Assembly (NCBI GenBank): GCA_039794045.1
Contig: JBAMLY010000001.1
Location: 1,045-65,044 of the forward strand
Direction: 5' to 3'
From: Candidatus Micrarchaeia archaeon
GTDB lineage: Archaea > Micrarchaeota > Micrarchaeia > Norongarragalinales > UBA8480
Length of the DNA stretch: 64,000 nt
The notes beneath the pieces are model-generated. The model did no database searches and was not told the origin of the DNA. It saw only the letters and a program-made list of their open reading frames with translations. The position numbers were made by a program, and so were the translations under genes. Below, in pieces: positions 54,644 to 63,968 of the stretch (positions are counted from its first letter, which is position 1; each line of letters begins with the position of its first letter).

Positions 54644-55126
54644 ATGGAGTGCAGGTTCTGCTCCGTCGTCCGAGGAGCCGAGAAGGCATTCAAGCTAGGC
54701 GAAAGCACGCACTGCATAGCCGTCCTCGACATTCACCCGAAAGCGGTTGGGCACTCGCTCGTCATCACGAAAAAACACTACAAGAAAATCACTGAAATGC
54801 CTGGCGAGGAACTGCACGACGCCATCGACTTAGCGTGCCGCCTCGAGGAAGCAATTCTTTCAGCGTTACACTGCGGCGGCATCGAGCTGCGCCAAAACTA
54901 TTACCCGTTCATTCCAGAAAACGAGTATCGCTTAGACCACGTGCACTTCCACTTAGTGCCACGCGAGAAAAACGACGCGCTGTGGCGCAATCCATCCACG
55001 CGCTTGAAGCCAACCGAACACGAGCTAGAGGAAACCGCAGAAAAAATAAGGCGCGCCCTCAAACAAAAACAATTCAAGCTCAATCAAACGCCAAGCGATA
55101 CCGCGAGCCAGACAAAACTAATTTAA
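54644..55126 (+). CDS. HIT-family (histidine triad) hydrolase
   Basis: HVHFHLVP histidine triad. N-terminal CRFCS zinc-binding pair. Start taken at ATG 54644 downstream of the tRNA. Confidence 0.8.
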   Translation: MECRFCSVVRGAEKAFKLGESTHCIAVLDIHPKAVGHSLVITKKHYKKITEMPGEELHDAIDLACRLEEAILSALHCGGIELRQNYYPFIPENEYRLDHVHFHLVPREKNDALWRNPSTRLKPTEHELEETAEKIRRALKQKQFKLNQTPSDTASQTKLI

Positions 55127-55152
55127 TAACCGCACCACAAAAAAGTATTGTT

Positions 55153-55269
55153 GGGCCCGTAGTCGAATGGTTAAGACGTCCGCTTGACATGCGGGAGACT
55201 CGGAGTTCGATTCGAGCAAGCAAAAGCCTTGCAACTGCTCGCCTGCTCGCGAACATCTCCGCGGGCCCA
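55153..55269 (+). tRNA. tRNA-Val (anticodon GAC) with a 44-nt insertion in the T-loop (putative non-canonical intron)
   Basis: Acceptor GGGCCCG/CGGGCCC, D-arm GTC-GAATGGTTAA-GAC, anticodon arm TCCGC-TTGACAT-GCGGG, variable AGACT, T-stem CGGAG ... CTCCG. The T-loop TTCGA[44 nt]AT is interrupted by TTCGAGCAAGCAAAAGCCTTGCAACTGCTCGCCTGCTCGCGAAC, which carries internal inverted repeats. Confidence 0.6.
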
Positions 55270-55380
55270 CTGCACTTTTTTGCTCGTCACTACGCTTCGC
55301 TTCATTCCTCGCAAAAACCTGCACTAAAAAACGTCAAACCAAGCGCAGCCTTATTATATTTTAGTTGAGTGCCTTGAAAC

Positions 55381-56142
55381 ATGGCTGAAACAGTCAAGCT
55401 TGTGTTGTTGCGCCACGGTGAAAGCGAGTGGAACAAGCAAAACAAGTTCACTGGCTGGACTGACGTGGGCTTGAGCGCACGAGGCAAGAAAGAGGCAGTT
55501 AAGGCAGGCAAAAAGCTTTCGCGGGCGGGATTCTCGTTTGACGTTGTGTTCGAGTCTTTCTTGAAGCGCACGCATCAAACCACTGACTTGGTTTTAAAGG
55601 AAATGCGCATTAACCCAAGACGAGAAAAAACCTGGCGTTTGAACGAGAGGCACTACGGCGCGCTTCAAGGACTCAACAAGGCAGAGACTGCCGTTAAGTA
55701 CGGCGAAGCGCAAGTGAAGTTGTGGCGGCGCAGTTATTCGGTGCGGCCGCCTGCGTTGCAGGCAAGCGACCCCCGCAATCCAGCCAAAGACCCCTTGTAC
55801 GCAGGAGTGCCGAAAAAGTTTTTGCCTTTGACTGAATCGCTGGCGGACACCGTAAAACGAGTGCTGCCTTTCTGGCGCGAGAAAGTTGTTCCGTTGCTGA
55901 AGAAGAAGAAAAAAATCTTGATTTCCGCGAGCGGGAACAGCATTCGCGCCATAGTCAAGTACTTGGACAAGCTCTCGGAAAAAGAGGTAGTGGAACTAAA
56001 CATTCCAACCGGCATTCCATTAGTCTACGAGTTCGACTCGCGGTTGAAGCCGATTAAAAAGTATTACTTGGCGAGCCAAAAAGAGTTAAGGAAGGCGCTA
56101 GCTAGAGTAGCAGCACAAGGAAAAGCAAGAAAGCGAGGCTAG
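55381..56142 (+). CDS. gpmA: 2,3-bisphosphoglycerate-dependent phosphoglycerate mutase (dPGM, histidine phosphatase superfamily)
   Basis: LVLLRHGESEWN (RHGE catalytic His), ERHYGALQG, and a C-terminal Lys-rich tail. 253 aa. Confidence 0.85.
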   Translation: MAETVKLVLLRHGESEWNKQNKFTGWTDVGLSARGKKEAVKAGKKLSRAGFSFDVVFESFLKRTHQTTDLVLKEMRINPRREKTWRLNERHYGALQGLNKAETAVKYGEAQVKLWRRSYSVRPPALQASDPRNPAKDPLYAGVPKKFLPLTESLADTVKRVLPFWREKVVPLLKKKKKILISASGNSIRAIVKYLDKLSEKEVVELNIPTGIPLVYEFDSRLKPIKKYYLASQKELRKALARVAAQGKARKRG

Positions 56143-56342
56143 TCTATTTTTATTGCTTTCACTGGACAGTTTACTTCGCAGGCGTGGCATTGAATGCAGT
56201 CGTCTTCAGCGCCTGGCCTGATGCTGGTTTTTTTCCCGTTCAACGCGTAACAACTCATGGGGCACACTTTCACGCACGTGCCGCAGCCAGTGCACTTGTC
56301 TAAGTCTACTGTAATTGGTCCCTTTGAAATCACGTTAGCCAT
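56139..56342 (-). CDS. 2x[4Fe-4S] ferredoxin
   Basis: CTGCGTCVKVCP and CIQCHACEVNCP. Start taken at the internal Met (MANVISKG). Confidence 0.75.
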   Translation of the reverse strand: MANVISKGPITVDLDKCTGCGTCVKVCPMSCYALNGKKTSIRPGAEDDCIQCHACEVNCPVKAIKID

Positions 56343-56413
56343 AAAGCAATTACCTCCCACAAATAAACTCTGCAACACTTAAAAAGGTTCTCCAATTCGG
56401 CATAAAACGAAAT

Positions 56414-56971
56414 TTATTTTTTTATTGTTGACGCCATTTTCTTGCCACGCAAAACTTCTGCTTGAAAGCTTTTCACTCGCTGTTCTTGAAAGCCGGCGGC
56501 TTTCGCGCGAACTTGGCGCATCTTGTTTTGTATAGAGTGAAATGCTTTCACTGCCGCAGCAAGCGCGTCTCGCTCGTGCGCGTTAGCGGGCTCGAGCCGC
56601 GAAGCAGTGACGCGCAAGTGCTTTTCAACCAAACGCGTTTTCTCGAGCTGGCCCAGCGAGTGCGTGGGCTTGAAGAGCTTTGCGTTGAAGGCCGCTTTCA
56701 CTTGCCTCGCCAGCTTGCTTGCAGGGTTGACGTCGGACGCGACCAAAAGAGGCGAGTCGGCAGCAACACTCATTACTTCCCCAATTATTTCCGAAGCGCT
56801 CCAGTTCTTCTTGCTTTCCAGCGCAACTATTCTTCCGTCGTAGTCGAGTATTGCAACCGCGCTTGTAGCGCCCCCGTCAACTCCCACAATTATTTCGCAA
56901 CGCCTCCAGTGGCTTGCACTAAAAAAACGAAAAACTAAAAGAAATAAAGAAAAGAATGAAATGGCTTGCAA
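56414..56971 (-). CDS. RNase H-fold (YqgF/RuvC-like) putative nuclease, tentative
   Basis: IVGVDGGATSAVAILDYDGRIVAL resembles the first beta-hairpin with catalytic Asp of RuvC/YqgF-like proteins. Confidence 0.35.
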   Translation of the reverse strand: MQAISFFSLFLLVFRFFSASHWRRCEIIVGVDGGATSAVAILDYDGRIVALESKKNWSASEIIGEVMSVAADSPLLVASDVNPASKLARQVKAAFNAKLFKPTHSLGQLEKTRLVEKHLRVTASRLEPANAHERDALAAAVKAFHSIQNKMRQVRAKAAGFQEQRVKSFQAEVLRGKKMASTIKK

Positions 56972-57802
56972 TCAGCCTTTGCGTGACGTAATGTAGAGGA
57001 GAGTGTTGTAAACAAGGGAATAGCTTTGAGTGCTTTTAGCTGGGTCGAACGCAAAATAGATTACTTTGCCTAAGCCTAGTCCCTTGCTTTCTATTATGCC
57101 GTAATAAACTTGTGTGGAATCACCGGTGTCCACTGCGGCAAGCACTTCGCCTTTCGTGGGAGTTACTTTGACGATGTCGCCGCTGAAGTCAACGTAGCCG
57201 CGTTGTTGAGCGCCAGTCAAGCCATTAAATATTGGGTGGTCCCAGTTGTAGACGCGGAGCCTGCCTTCAGCGAAGTTTCGGCTTAGCTTTCCTATCTCTA
57301 CTGGCATGACGTCTCCGAGAGTGTGAACGCCAATCTTCCATCCGTACACTGTTGGGTCCTCGCGCACGGTAGTGCACGCGTCACCGATTACGATCAGTTT
57401 GCCTCCGCCGTTAACGAAGTCGGCGAGTTTCTCGCGCGCAGCGAAACTGCAGTCACGCCTTCCCTGCAGTATGACTACGTCGTAGTTCTTCAAGGAAAAA
57501 CCGCGTCCGACATCGTCTGGGCTAATGTCTGGAACGGTGGTGACTTTCTTTATCACAGCTATTTGCTCGCTTGAGAGAATCTCGTTCATTTCAGGCGACA
57601 AGTGGCCGACTACCGCGACTTTCGTGGTCGCGCCGCCAACCAAGTTTTCGAGAATGGGTATGCCTTGCACTGGAATCAAACCAAACTTTGCTCCAATGAA
57701 CACGGCTAGAATAATAAGCAAGATTACTGGAATGGCTCCCTCGGTACCGCCTTTTTGTCCTCGCTTCAAACAAATCACCCGCAATAGTTTTTTGGGTTTC
57801 AA
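56972..57802 (-). CDS. Membrane-anchored protein, paralog A of a tandem pair (possible class-I glutamine-amidotransferase-like/ThuA-like ectodomain)
   Basis: N-terminal TM (IPVILLIILAVFIGA). Shares an LKNYDVV(I/F)L...GGG(K/N)L block with the adjacent gene. Confidence 0.35.
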   Translation of the reverse strand: MKPKKLLRVICLKRGQKGGTEGAIPVILLIILAVFIGAKFGLIPVQGIPILENLVGGATTKVAVVGHLSPEMNEILSSEQIAVIKKVTTVPDISPDDVGRGFSLKNYDVVILQGRRDCSFAAREKLADFVNGGGKLIVIGDACTTVREDPTVYGWKIGVHTLGDVMPVEIGKLSRNFAEGRLRVYNWDHPIFNGLTGAQQRGYVDFSGDIVKVTPTKGEVLAAVDTGDSTQVYYGIIESKGLGLGKVIYFAFDPAKSTQSYSLVYNTLLYITSRKG

Positions 57803-57870
57803 ACGTTAATAAACTTACGCGTCGCTTATAAAAAGCTATGCTGGAAGGACAACCAAATCAAGCGCTTGGC

Positions 57871-58821
57871 TTAGCATGCCACCAAGTAATCTAAAACGTT
57901 GTTGAGCAAGCCAGTCATCTTGTCTGAAATCATTTCCAAGGGGAAGGCAACGTAAACAATTCGCGAAACGTATTTCGTGTCTATGATTGCTGGATAGGAT
58001 TGGTTGCCTCCAAGCACTAGGACTGCCACTTTAGTGGAGCCTGCGACGGCGCCGCTTGGCTTCTCGTTCACTACCGCGTAAGGCAAGCCAGGCGACATGC
58101 TGCCGAGAGGCAGTTCGCGCGGCATTCCAGGTGCAGAGCCTTCTGGAGCGAAGCCCACGCCGCTTCCCAGTAAGCTGCCTGAGTCTACCACGCGTAATAC
58201 AAGGTTGGGGGAAGCCGTTTCCGCGCGCACGAAGGAAATTCCTGCGTAAAGCGAGCCGAGTTCGCCGAAGCCCTTCGTGTTGTTGACTTTCTTCAAGAAC
58301 TTCTCGTAGTATCCTGGCTTTGATGCGTTTAAGGAGAGGGCTTCAGCGAGTTCTTCTGGCGTCACCGCGTAATTAGATGCTGAGTCGGCTTGCCAGACGA
58401 GGTTTCCGCCGCCGTCCAAGAATGACTGCAGCGCCGCGGCTTGCGCGAAAGTAATCGTGCGCGCGCGGTCTAAGAACACGACGTCATAGTTTTTCAGCAA
58501 GCCAGCGCTGATTTCCTGCAAGGGAATGCGGGTGGGAGCGCTGTTGGGTTTCGCGTGAGCAATCAAGTTTTCAAGTTTTTCTGGGTCTCCTGCACCGTCG
58601 TCGCCGTAAACTATAGCTATTCTAGACGGAGCGCGCTCTATTACTCCACAGTAAAACCCTTGCCATCCTGGAATGTCGCGGGGGTGAATGAAGTGAAACT
58701 TTGTTAGGACGACGAGCAAGGCGATGACGAGAACAAAGAGGACGACGACGTTCACTAATTGTTTTCCCTTGCTGGAAGCCTGCGAAGGAGGAGCGTACAT
58801 GAAGTGATTTAGTAAAACCAA
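57871..58821 (-). CDS. Membrane-anchored protein, paralog B of the tandem pair
   Basis: N-terminal TM (LVNVVVLFVLVIALLVVL). Shares LKNYDVVFLD and FLDGGGNLV with paralog A. Confidence 0.35.
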   Translation of the reverse strand: MVLLNHFMYAPPSQASSKGKQLVNVVVLFVLVIALLVVLTKFHFIHPRDIPGWQGFYCGVIERAPSRIAIVYGDDGAGDPEKLENLIAHAKPNSAPTRIPLQEISAGLLKNYDVVFLDRARTITFAQAAALQSFLDGGGNLVWQADSASNYAVTPEELAEALSLNASKPGYYEKFLKKVNNTKGFGELGSLYAGISFVRAETASPNLVLRVVDSGSLLGSGVGFAPEGSAPGMPRELPLGSMSPGLPYAVVNEKPSGAVAGSTKVAVLVLGGNQSYPAIIDTKYVSRIVYVAFPLEMISDKMTGLLNNVLDYLVAC

Positions 58822-59035
58822 CTTTTAAATATTGAGTTAAACAAGAAATCTTACAGTGTTTTTGGAGGGTGCAAGAGAATGGGCGAAAAGCTTTCAATGC
58901 CGTCTTCATCGACTGGACTAATGCGTTTTTATGATGTCAGCGCAAGCAAGATACAATTGGGTCCCAAGCTCGTCGTGGGAGCGTGCGTTGCGTTCATACT
59001 ACTCGAAATATTTCTTGGCTTGCTGCACTAAGGCT

Positions 59036-59311
59036 TCACTCGAGCGGTATTGCTCCTTCTCTGTTCAAGCAGTTTTCCAGTGCTTCTCGTGGGTCGCCCC
59101 ACTCTAGCAATACTCTGTTGGGAACGCCTCGAGGGGCGAGCTTCAAGCTGAGTTCCTCGGCTTTCCCCCTCATTTTCTCGAGGCGGGATTCAAGCTCGCC
59201 AGCCAAACCGTGCTTGGGCGCGACAACCAAAATGATTAGTTCTTCTCCTGAATAGTTTTCAGCCAAGAACGTGTCCTCGTCGCCGGTGGCAATCAAGAAA
59301 ACGTGTTTCAT
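59036..59311 (-). CDS. Small hypothetical protein
   Basis: 91 aa. No motif. Immediately downstream of the AbrB-like gene. Confidence 0.25.
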   Translation of the reverse strand: MKHVFLIATGDEDTFLAENYSGEELIILVVAPKHGLAGELESRLEKMRGKAEELSLKLAPRGVPNRVLLEWGDPREALENCLNREGAIPLE

Positions 59312-59346
59312 GAAACTAATTTAGCAGCAAAAATTAAAGAAGTATG

Positions 59347-59982
59347 TTACTTGACTGCGACGAAGAAGCCCTTCTTTTTTTCTAGGACTTCCCCGTCTTC
59401 CTTTAATACTTGGAGGGCGGCAATGCACGCCGCTTCTTCCAATCCAGTTGAAGCGGAAATGCGGGAGGCAGTCAGTGGTTCCTTGCCTGACAAGACGGGC
59501 AACAGCTTGGAGGACGCTTTCTCGAGGAAAGAAGAAGAAACCACGTAAAACTTTTTATCGAAGCCTCTCACGCCGCGCACGCTTCCCGCTTTTATGTCGC
59601 GCTCGAGAAGCCTGGAAAGCGCTTTGGCGTCCTCCTCGTTTTCTATTACGATGAAGCCCTTGGCATCTAATTGATTTAAGGGAGAGTTCGCGCGCGCCCG
59701 CAAAGGAGTTGAAGGCGTTTGAAGCGCTTGCTGTGGCCGCGCTTGCGGGGTTTCTTGAGCAACGCAGCGCGACAGCAACTCGGCGAAAACGCTTTTCTTG
59801 GAGTCTTCGGCGAGTTTGAAGCGGCTCACGAGCACGAAAACTCCTGGTTCTACCTCGAAGAACTCGTACTCGTCGTTCTCGTGTACGCTGCTGCTCTTGC
59901 GCAGCGGCTCGGGCAAGACTATGGCGAGGCTGTCCCCGTGCTTGAAAAAACGCATTTTTTCTTCCCTCAAAAGAAAACGCAA
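59347..59982 (-). CDS. AbrB/MazE-like (SpoVT-AbrB swapped-hairpin) N-terminal domain protein with extended C-terminal region
   Basis: MRFFKHGDSLAIVLPEPL matches the SpoVT/AbrB motif (KxGNSLAVxIPK). Followed by about 170 aa of unknown function. Confidence 0.45.
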   Translation of the reverse strand: MRFLLREEKMRFFKHGDSLAIVLPEPLRKSSSVHENDEYEFFEVEPGVFVLVSRFKLAEDSKKSVFAELLSRCVAQETPQARPQQALQTPSTPLRARANSPLNQLDAKGFIVIENEEDAKALSRLLERDIKAGSVRGVRGFDKKFYVVSSSFLEKASSKLLPVLSGKEPLTASRISASTGLEEAACIAALQVLKEDGEVLEKKKGFFVAVK

Positions 59983-59987
59983 GCAAG

Positions 59988-60644
59988 TTAAATTGCTTTT
60001 CCTAGCGGCTTTTCAGTGACTTTGCCGCCTGGCTTTTCTTCGCAGAATACTTGCGCTTGAAAAACGTAAACGCGGGCTACTGGCTTTCCGTTTCTCTCGG
60101 CGCGCCAAGCGCGCGCAGGCAGGCCTGCCTTCAAGCAAACGCAGTCCAGGAACTTTTCAGCGTCAAAACCTTCTTCTACGGCGACTTGAGGCAAGAGCAA
60201 GCCGCTTGCTCCTCCCACCTCTATAATCAAGCCGTCCCTGCCTACTTTGACTGCTTCCACGAAGTCTTCAGGCTTGCGTGCCAGCACTTGCTTTGGCTTA
60301 GTCAAAACGCTTACTTCCACTATTACTTTGTCTAGCTCGCTGCGCGAGAGGGGGGGAAAGCGGGGGTCAGCGAATGCTGCTTGAAGCGCGAGTTCTGAGA
60401 CTTCCTCGTCCACCGCCGAAACAGGCAAGGGATAACCTATGCAGCCCCTCAAACCGCTTGCGAGAGAGCGCAGCGTCACAAATGCTCCGAGCGCTTCGAG
60501 CGATGCGTTCTTGCCTAGTTCTTTTTCGCGCAGCTTCTTCACTTCCTCTTTGGAAAACTCTTTTCCTTGGTTGAAGAAGTGTTTGAGGGAAGCACGGGCA
60601 AGAGAAACCAGGAACCGTCCTTGTTCAAGTGAGAGCATAACCAT
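59988..60644 (-). CDS. AMMECR1-domain protein
   Basis: GAFVTL...LRGCIGYP is the AMMECR1 signature. Start taken at the internal Met (MVMLSLEQ); the track ORF extends a further 36 codons. Confidence 0.72.
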   Translation of the reverse strand: MVMLSLEQGRFLVSLARASLKHFFNQGKEFSKEEVKKLREKELGKNASLEALGAFVTLRSLASGLRGCIGYPLPVSAVDEEVSELALQAAFADPRFPPLSRSELDKVIVEVSVLTKPKQVLARKPEDFVEAVKVGRDGLIIEVGGASGLLLPQVAVEEGFDAEKFLDCVCLKAGLPARAWRAERNGKPVARVYVFQAQVFCEEKPGGKVTEKPLGKAI

Positions 60645-60674
60645 ACTTAAAAAGGAGGGTTTATTTATTTTGGC

Positions 60675-63600
60675 ATGAGAGCTGCGGCGTTGTTCTCTTT
60701 CTTGTTGGCTGTCTTTACAGCGCAAGCTGCTGCCTTCCATGAGTTCGCGCAACTCATTCCGCAGGGAAGCGAGTACGCGGCATTCAACGCCTTCTCTCAG
60801 GCAAGCAGTTGTGTTGGCATGAACGGCGAATTCTTGTTGGCTTCCTCGGACTTGGAAACGGAAAAGCTTTTCGCTGACTCGCTGCAGTTGGCCGCGCAGT
60901 GCAAGAACAACATGAAGTCAGCTCAGTGGATAGCGCATTACCAGTCTCATACGCTTTTTGGTTGGGGTTCAATGTTGATGGGAGCGTTTTTCTGCTTTTA
61001 TGACGCGGCAACGGGCTTGAATTACTGTTCTTCTGCGGCGCGGTCGGGCTTGAACGTGGTGGACGAGGCGCTTGCGCAGTTGGAGTACGCGGCAGGAGAA
61101 AATTATTCTGGAATGGCTGGCGGCGTCATCGCGGAAGCAAGAGAAGCAGAAAAAAAGTTGAATGAAAAAAACTTTTCAGGCAGGTTCGCTGAATCGTTTA
61201 ACAAGGCTTCAACTGCGGCGAGTGCGGCGTGGCAGTCCCTTGCAACGCGTCCCAGTGCGCCTGCCTTCACTTTCGCGGCAGCTTCTCTCGTATCAACGTC
61301 TTCTCTTCTCTCCGAGGAAATGATTTTGGCGCGCAAGATAGTCGAAGCCGAATACGAGTTGGAGAGGGAGAGGGCAACAGCAGAAGAAGAAGCGGAAAGG
61401 CTTCAAGCAATAACTGAAACTCGGTTGTCTGAAGCCGTGGAGCAAAAGCTTTACTTGGCAAGCGAAGCCTCGGCAGCACTCGCTATGGGTGGGGGCGCGC
61501 TCTTGCTTGAAGGGGGGAACACGGAGACTTTCGGGGAGGCCGTGGCGCGCGCTAAGTGGGAGGAAGAAGAGGGGAGCGCGCTATTGTCTCTGGCGCGCAA
61601 GACTGGGGCGGCAAAGAACAAGGGCTTCTTGGGCGACGCCATTAAAGCCTTGCGCCAGTCGCAGGAAAGGTTTTCTTCCGCGGCTTCCTTGCTGGAGGAA
61701 ACAATGAAGCGAGCCGAGAAACTAGAGCAAAAACTTGACGCAGCGGTGGCCGAGCGCTACGCAGAAGTTTCGTCGGTTGTTTCAAAGCGTTTGACGAGTG
61801 CTCCCGAGAGCGCAGGCAGGGCGTCTTCGTTGCTCGAGCAAGTGCGGAAGGAGTTGGAGAAGCAGCCGAGCGCTCGCGGCGAGAGAATCGCTTTTCTTTG
61901 CAGGCACTTGACGTTGCTTAACGGCGTGCTTGCAGTGGCTGCCGCGCCGCAACAAGAGCCGTTGTTGAGGAACAAAGTCAACACCAAAATAAATTGGGCG
62001 CAACAAATACTGGAAAAAGCCGAGAAAGACGGCGTGGTCGTAGACTTCCAGAAAGCGCAGTTGAAGTCAGTTGAAGCCGCGGCGGAAGGCATTTCTTCGG
62101 ACGAGAAGGGCGTGGCCGCCCTCGTGGAACTTGAAAGGGAAGTGGACGCTATAGTGAAAAGCGTTTACGGGGCGGCGCTGGAAAAGTATTCGTGGCTGGA
62201 AGGGGACTGGAAGTTCTTGGAGGAAGCAAGGGAAGCACTGCAAGTATCAGAGCAAGAAAAACTTTCTTCCAAGGCACAGTATTTTTGGGGCGGCTTGAAT
62301 GTGGAAGCTGCTTTGGGGGAGTTGCAGGAAACAGCGAAAGTAGTTGAAAGAGAAAAGGCTCTCGCTGAAAGCAGGCTTCCTCAATTGGTTGCGCGCCTCC
62401 TCGCTCAAAATGCGGTGGTAACCCAGGAAAAAAGAGAGAACTGGGTTGATAACGCCACCGAAGTTGACGTGAAAATAGTTTTGCGGAACCCGTTAAGCGT
62501 TGCCGTGAACGAGGCAGTGGAAGTTGAGTTGGACGAGTTGAAGCCATTGGCTGGCGCGGCTTACGTCATAATAGTTAACGCGAGCGAGGGAGTGAGCTTG
62601 AACGATGAAAAAATTGTTTTGGAGAGCGTGAGGGCGGGTGGGGAATACTTCTTGCACTTGCGTTACGCGTCAGTGGCAGCGAAAACGATTTCTTTTACTG
62701 AAAGCACTGAGTGGGCTTCGTTGTCTGAGGCCAGGAAAAAAATAACGTGGGGCTTCACTTGCGCGGCAGCAGGAGAAGTCGTGCTAGCGAGAAGAGTGGC
62801 GGGACGCGTTTCTGGTGCTTGGGCTTCCTTTGGCGCCACGGCTTTTTTTGACTCGCAAAGCAAAACAAGCACGGTGGGAGCGAGAGCGTACTGCTTGCCT
62901 GGAGCCAACAAAATCGAAATAAGTTACTCTATTGCCGAGCCGTTCGCCGTCACACGTCAAGAACACAGTGAAGCGGACGCGGTCGCCATCGAATACTCTT
63001 TCAAGAGCTCCGCAGAACTTGCCGGCGCGCGCCTTGCCTTACGCGAGCAATTCAGCGGTTGCGCGGGGCCAGTGCGGGTGGAAAGCGAGTTGCGCGAAAC
63101 TCACTTTCTTGCAGAAGGAATTCTGGCGGTGGAGCTGGTTGGAAGCTGGAAGGAAGGAGAAGAAAAAAAGGCAGTTGTCTCAATAGCTTGCCCGGCGCAC
63201 GTTCAGCCCCTGCCATACTTTAACGCGAGCCAAGAAACTGAAAGCGCATCTTACACTCAATACCGTCAAGAAACTCAAGAAACCAGAGCAACTCAAGGCG
63301 CCAACTCTACCGAGCCGTATTCAATGCTTGCATTAAATACGAAAGACACTGGCGACGCACTCAAGGAAGACACCGGCGAAGCATTGAAGAACCAAGCCGC
63401 GCAAGACTTGGAGAAAGCAGTTGGCGCGGCGAGAGAGACCGCTAAAGTCTTCGATTCCGCGTTCCTGGCGCCAGAAGGAATGAAGCACTCTAAGTCACTC
63501 GCTGAACAACGAGGCGCCACGGCAAGAAAAAACGCTGAAAAAACTTGGGTTGAAGCCGAAAAAGTCATTGCCTCGCCGCCAAAGTATTCAGTGGAGTACG

Positions 63601-63968
63601 CGAAACAAAAAGCGCGAGACTTAGAGGAAGCGCGCGCGTTAATGGAGGAAGCAATCACTGAAGTAAGAGAGCAAGCCAAGGCAGAGCTTGCAGTCGCTGA
63701 AGCAAGGCAAAAAGAGTTTGGGAATGCAGCCTCTCAAGCGTTGCTAGAGGAAGCACAAGACGCTTTCACACAACAAGAGTTTCTGGCCGCCTTGCTTAAA
63801 GCAAGCAAACTAAACTCTCAACTCGCGGGAGTTCCCTCGCCAGCCACCGCCGAAGCTGAAGCAAGCGGCTTCGCTTCTTGGGCGCTTGGCGTGGCAGGCC
63901 TCGCCATAATCGGCTTGCTTTACTTGTTTTTGTCTAGAAAAAAGGAAAGAGAATTAAAAGAGTTTTGA
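60675..63968 (+). CDS. Very large (1097 aa) secreted, predominantly alpha-helical/coiled-coil surface protein with C-terminal TM anchor
   Basis: Signal peptide MRAAALFSFLLAVFTAQAAA, a long Ala/Glu/Leu/Lys-rich helical body, a C-terminal TM WALGVAGLAIIGLLYLFL and a basic tail SRKKERELKEF. Confidence 0.5.
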   Translation: MRAAALFSFLLAVFTAQAAAFHEFAQLIPQGSEYAAFNAFSQASSCVGMNGEFLLASSDLETEKLFADSLQLAAQCKNNMKSAQWIAHYQSHTLFGWGSMLMGAFFCFYDAATGLNYCSSAARSGLNVVDEALAQLEYAAGENYSGMAGGVIAEAREAEKKLNEKNFSGRFAESFNKASTAASAAWQSLATRPSAPAFTFAAASLVSTSSLLSEEMILARKIVEAEYELERERATAEEEAERLQAITETRLSEAVEQKLYLASEASAALAMGGGALLLEGGNTETFGEAVARAKWEEEEGSALLSLARKTGAAKNKGFLGDAIKALRQSQERFSSAASLLEETMKRAEKLEQKLDAAVAERYAEVSSVVSKRLTSAPESAGRASSLLEQVRKELEKQPSARGERIAFLCRHLTLLNGVLAVAAAPQQEPLLRNKVNTKINWAQQILEKAEKDGVVVDFQKAQLKSVEAAAEGISSDEKGVAALVELEREVDAIVKSVYGAALEKYSWLEGDWKFLEEAREALQVSEQEKLSSKAQYFWGGLNVEAALGELQETAKVVEREKALAESRLPQLVARLLAQNAVVTQEKRENWVDNATEVDVKIVLRNPLSVAVNEAVEVELDELKPLAGAAYVIIVNASEGVSLNDEKIVLESVRAGGEYFLHLRYASVAAKTISFTESTEWASLSEARKKITWGFTCAAAGEVVLARRVAGRVSGAWASFGATAFFDSQSKTSTVGARAYCLPGANKIEISYSIAEPFAVTRQEHSEADAVAIEYSFKSSAELAGARLALREQFSGCAGPVRVESELRETHFLAEGILAVELVGSWKEGEEKKAVVSIACPAHVQPLPYFNASQETESASYTQYRQETQETRATQGANSTEPYSMLALNTKDTGDALKEDTGEALKNQAAQDLEKAVGAARETAKVFDSAFLAPEGMKHSKSLAEQRGATARKNAEKTWVEAEKVIASPPKYSVEYAKQKARDLEEARALMEEAITEVREQAKAELAVAEARQKEFGNAASQALLEEAQDAFTQQEFLAALLKASKLNSQLAGVPSPATAEAEASGFASWALGVAGLAIIGLLYLFLSRKKERELKEF

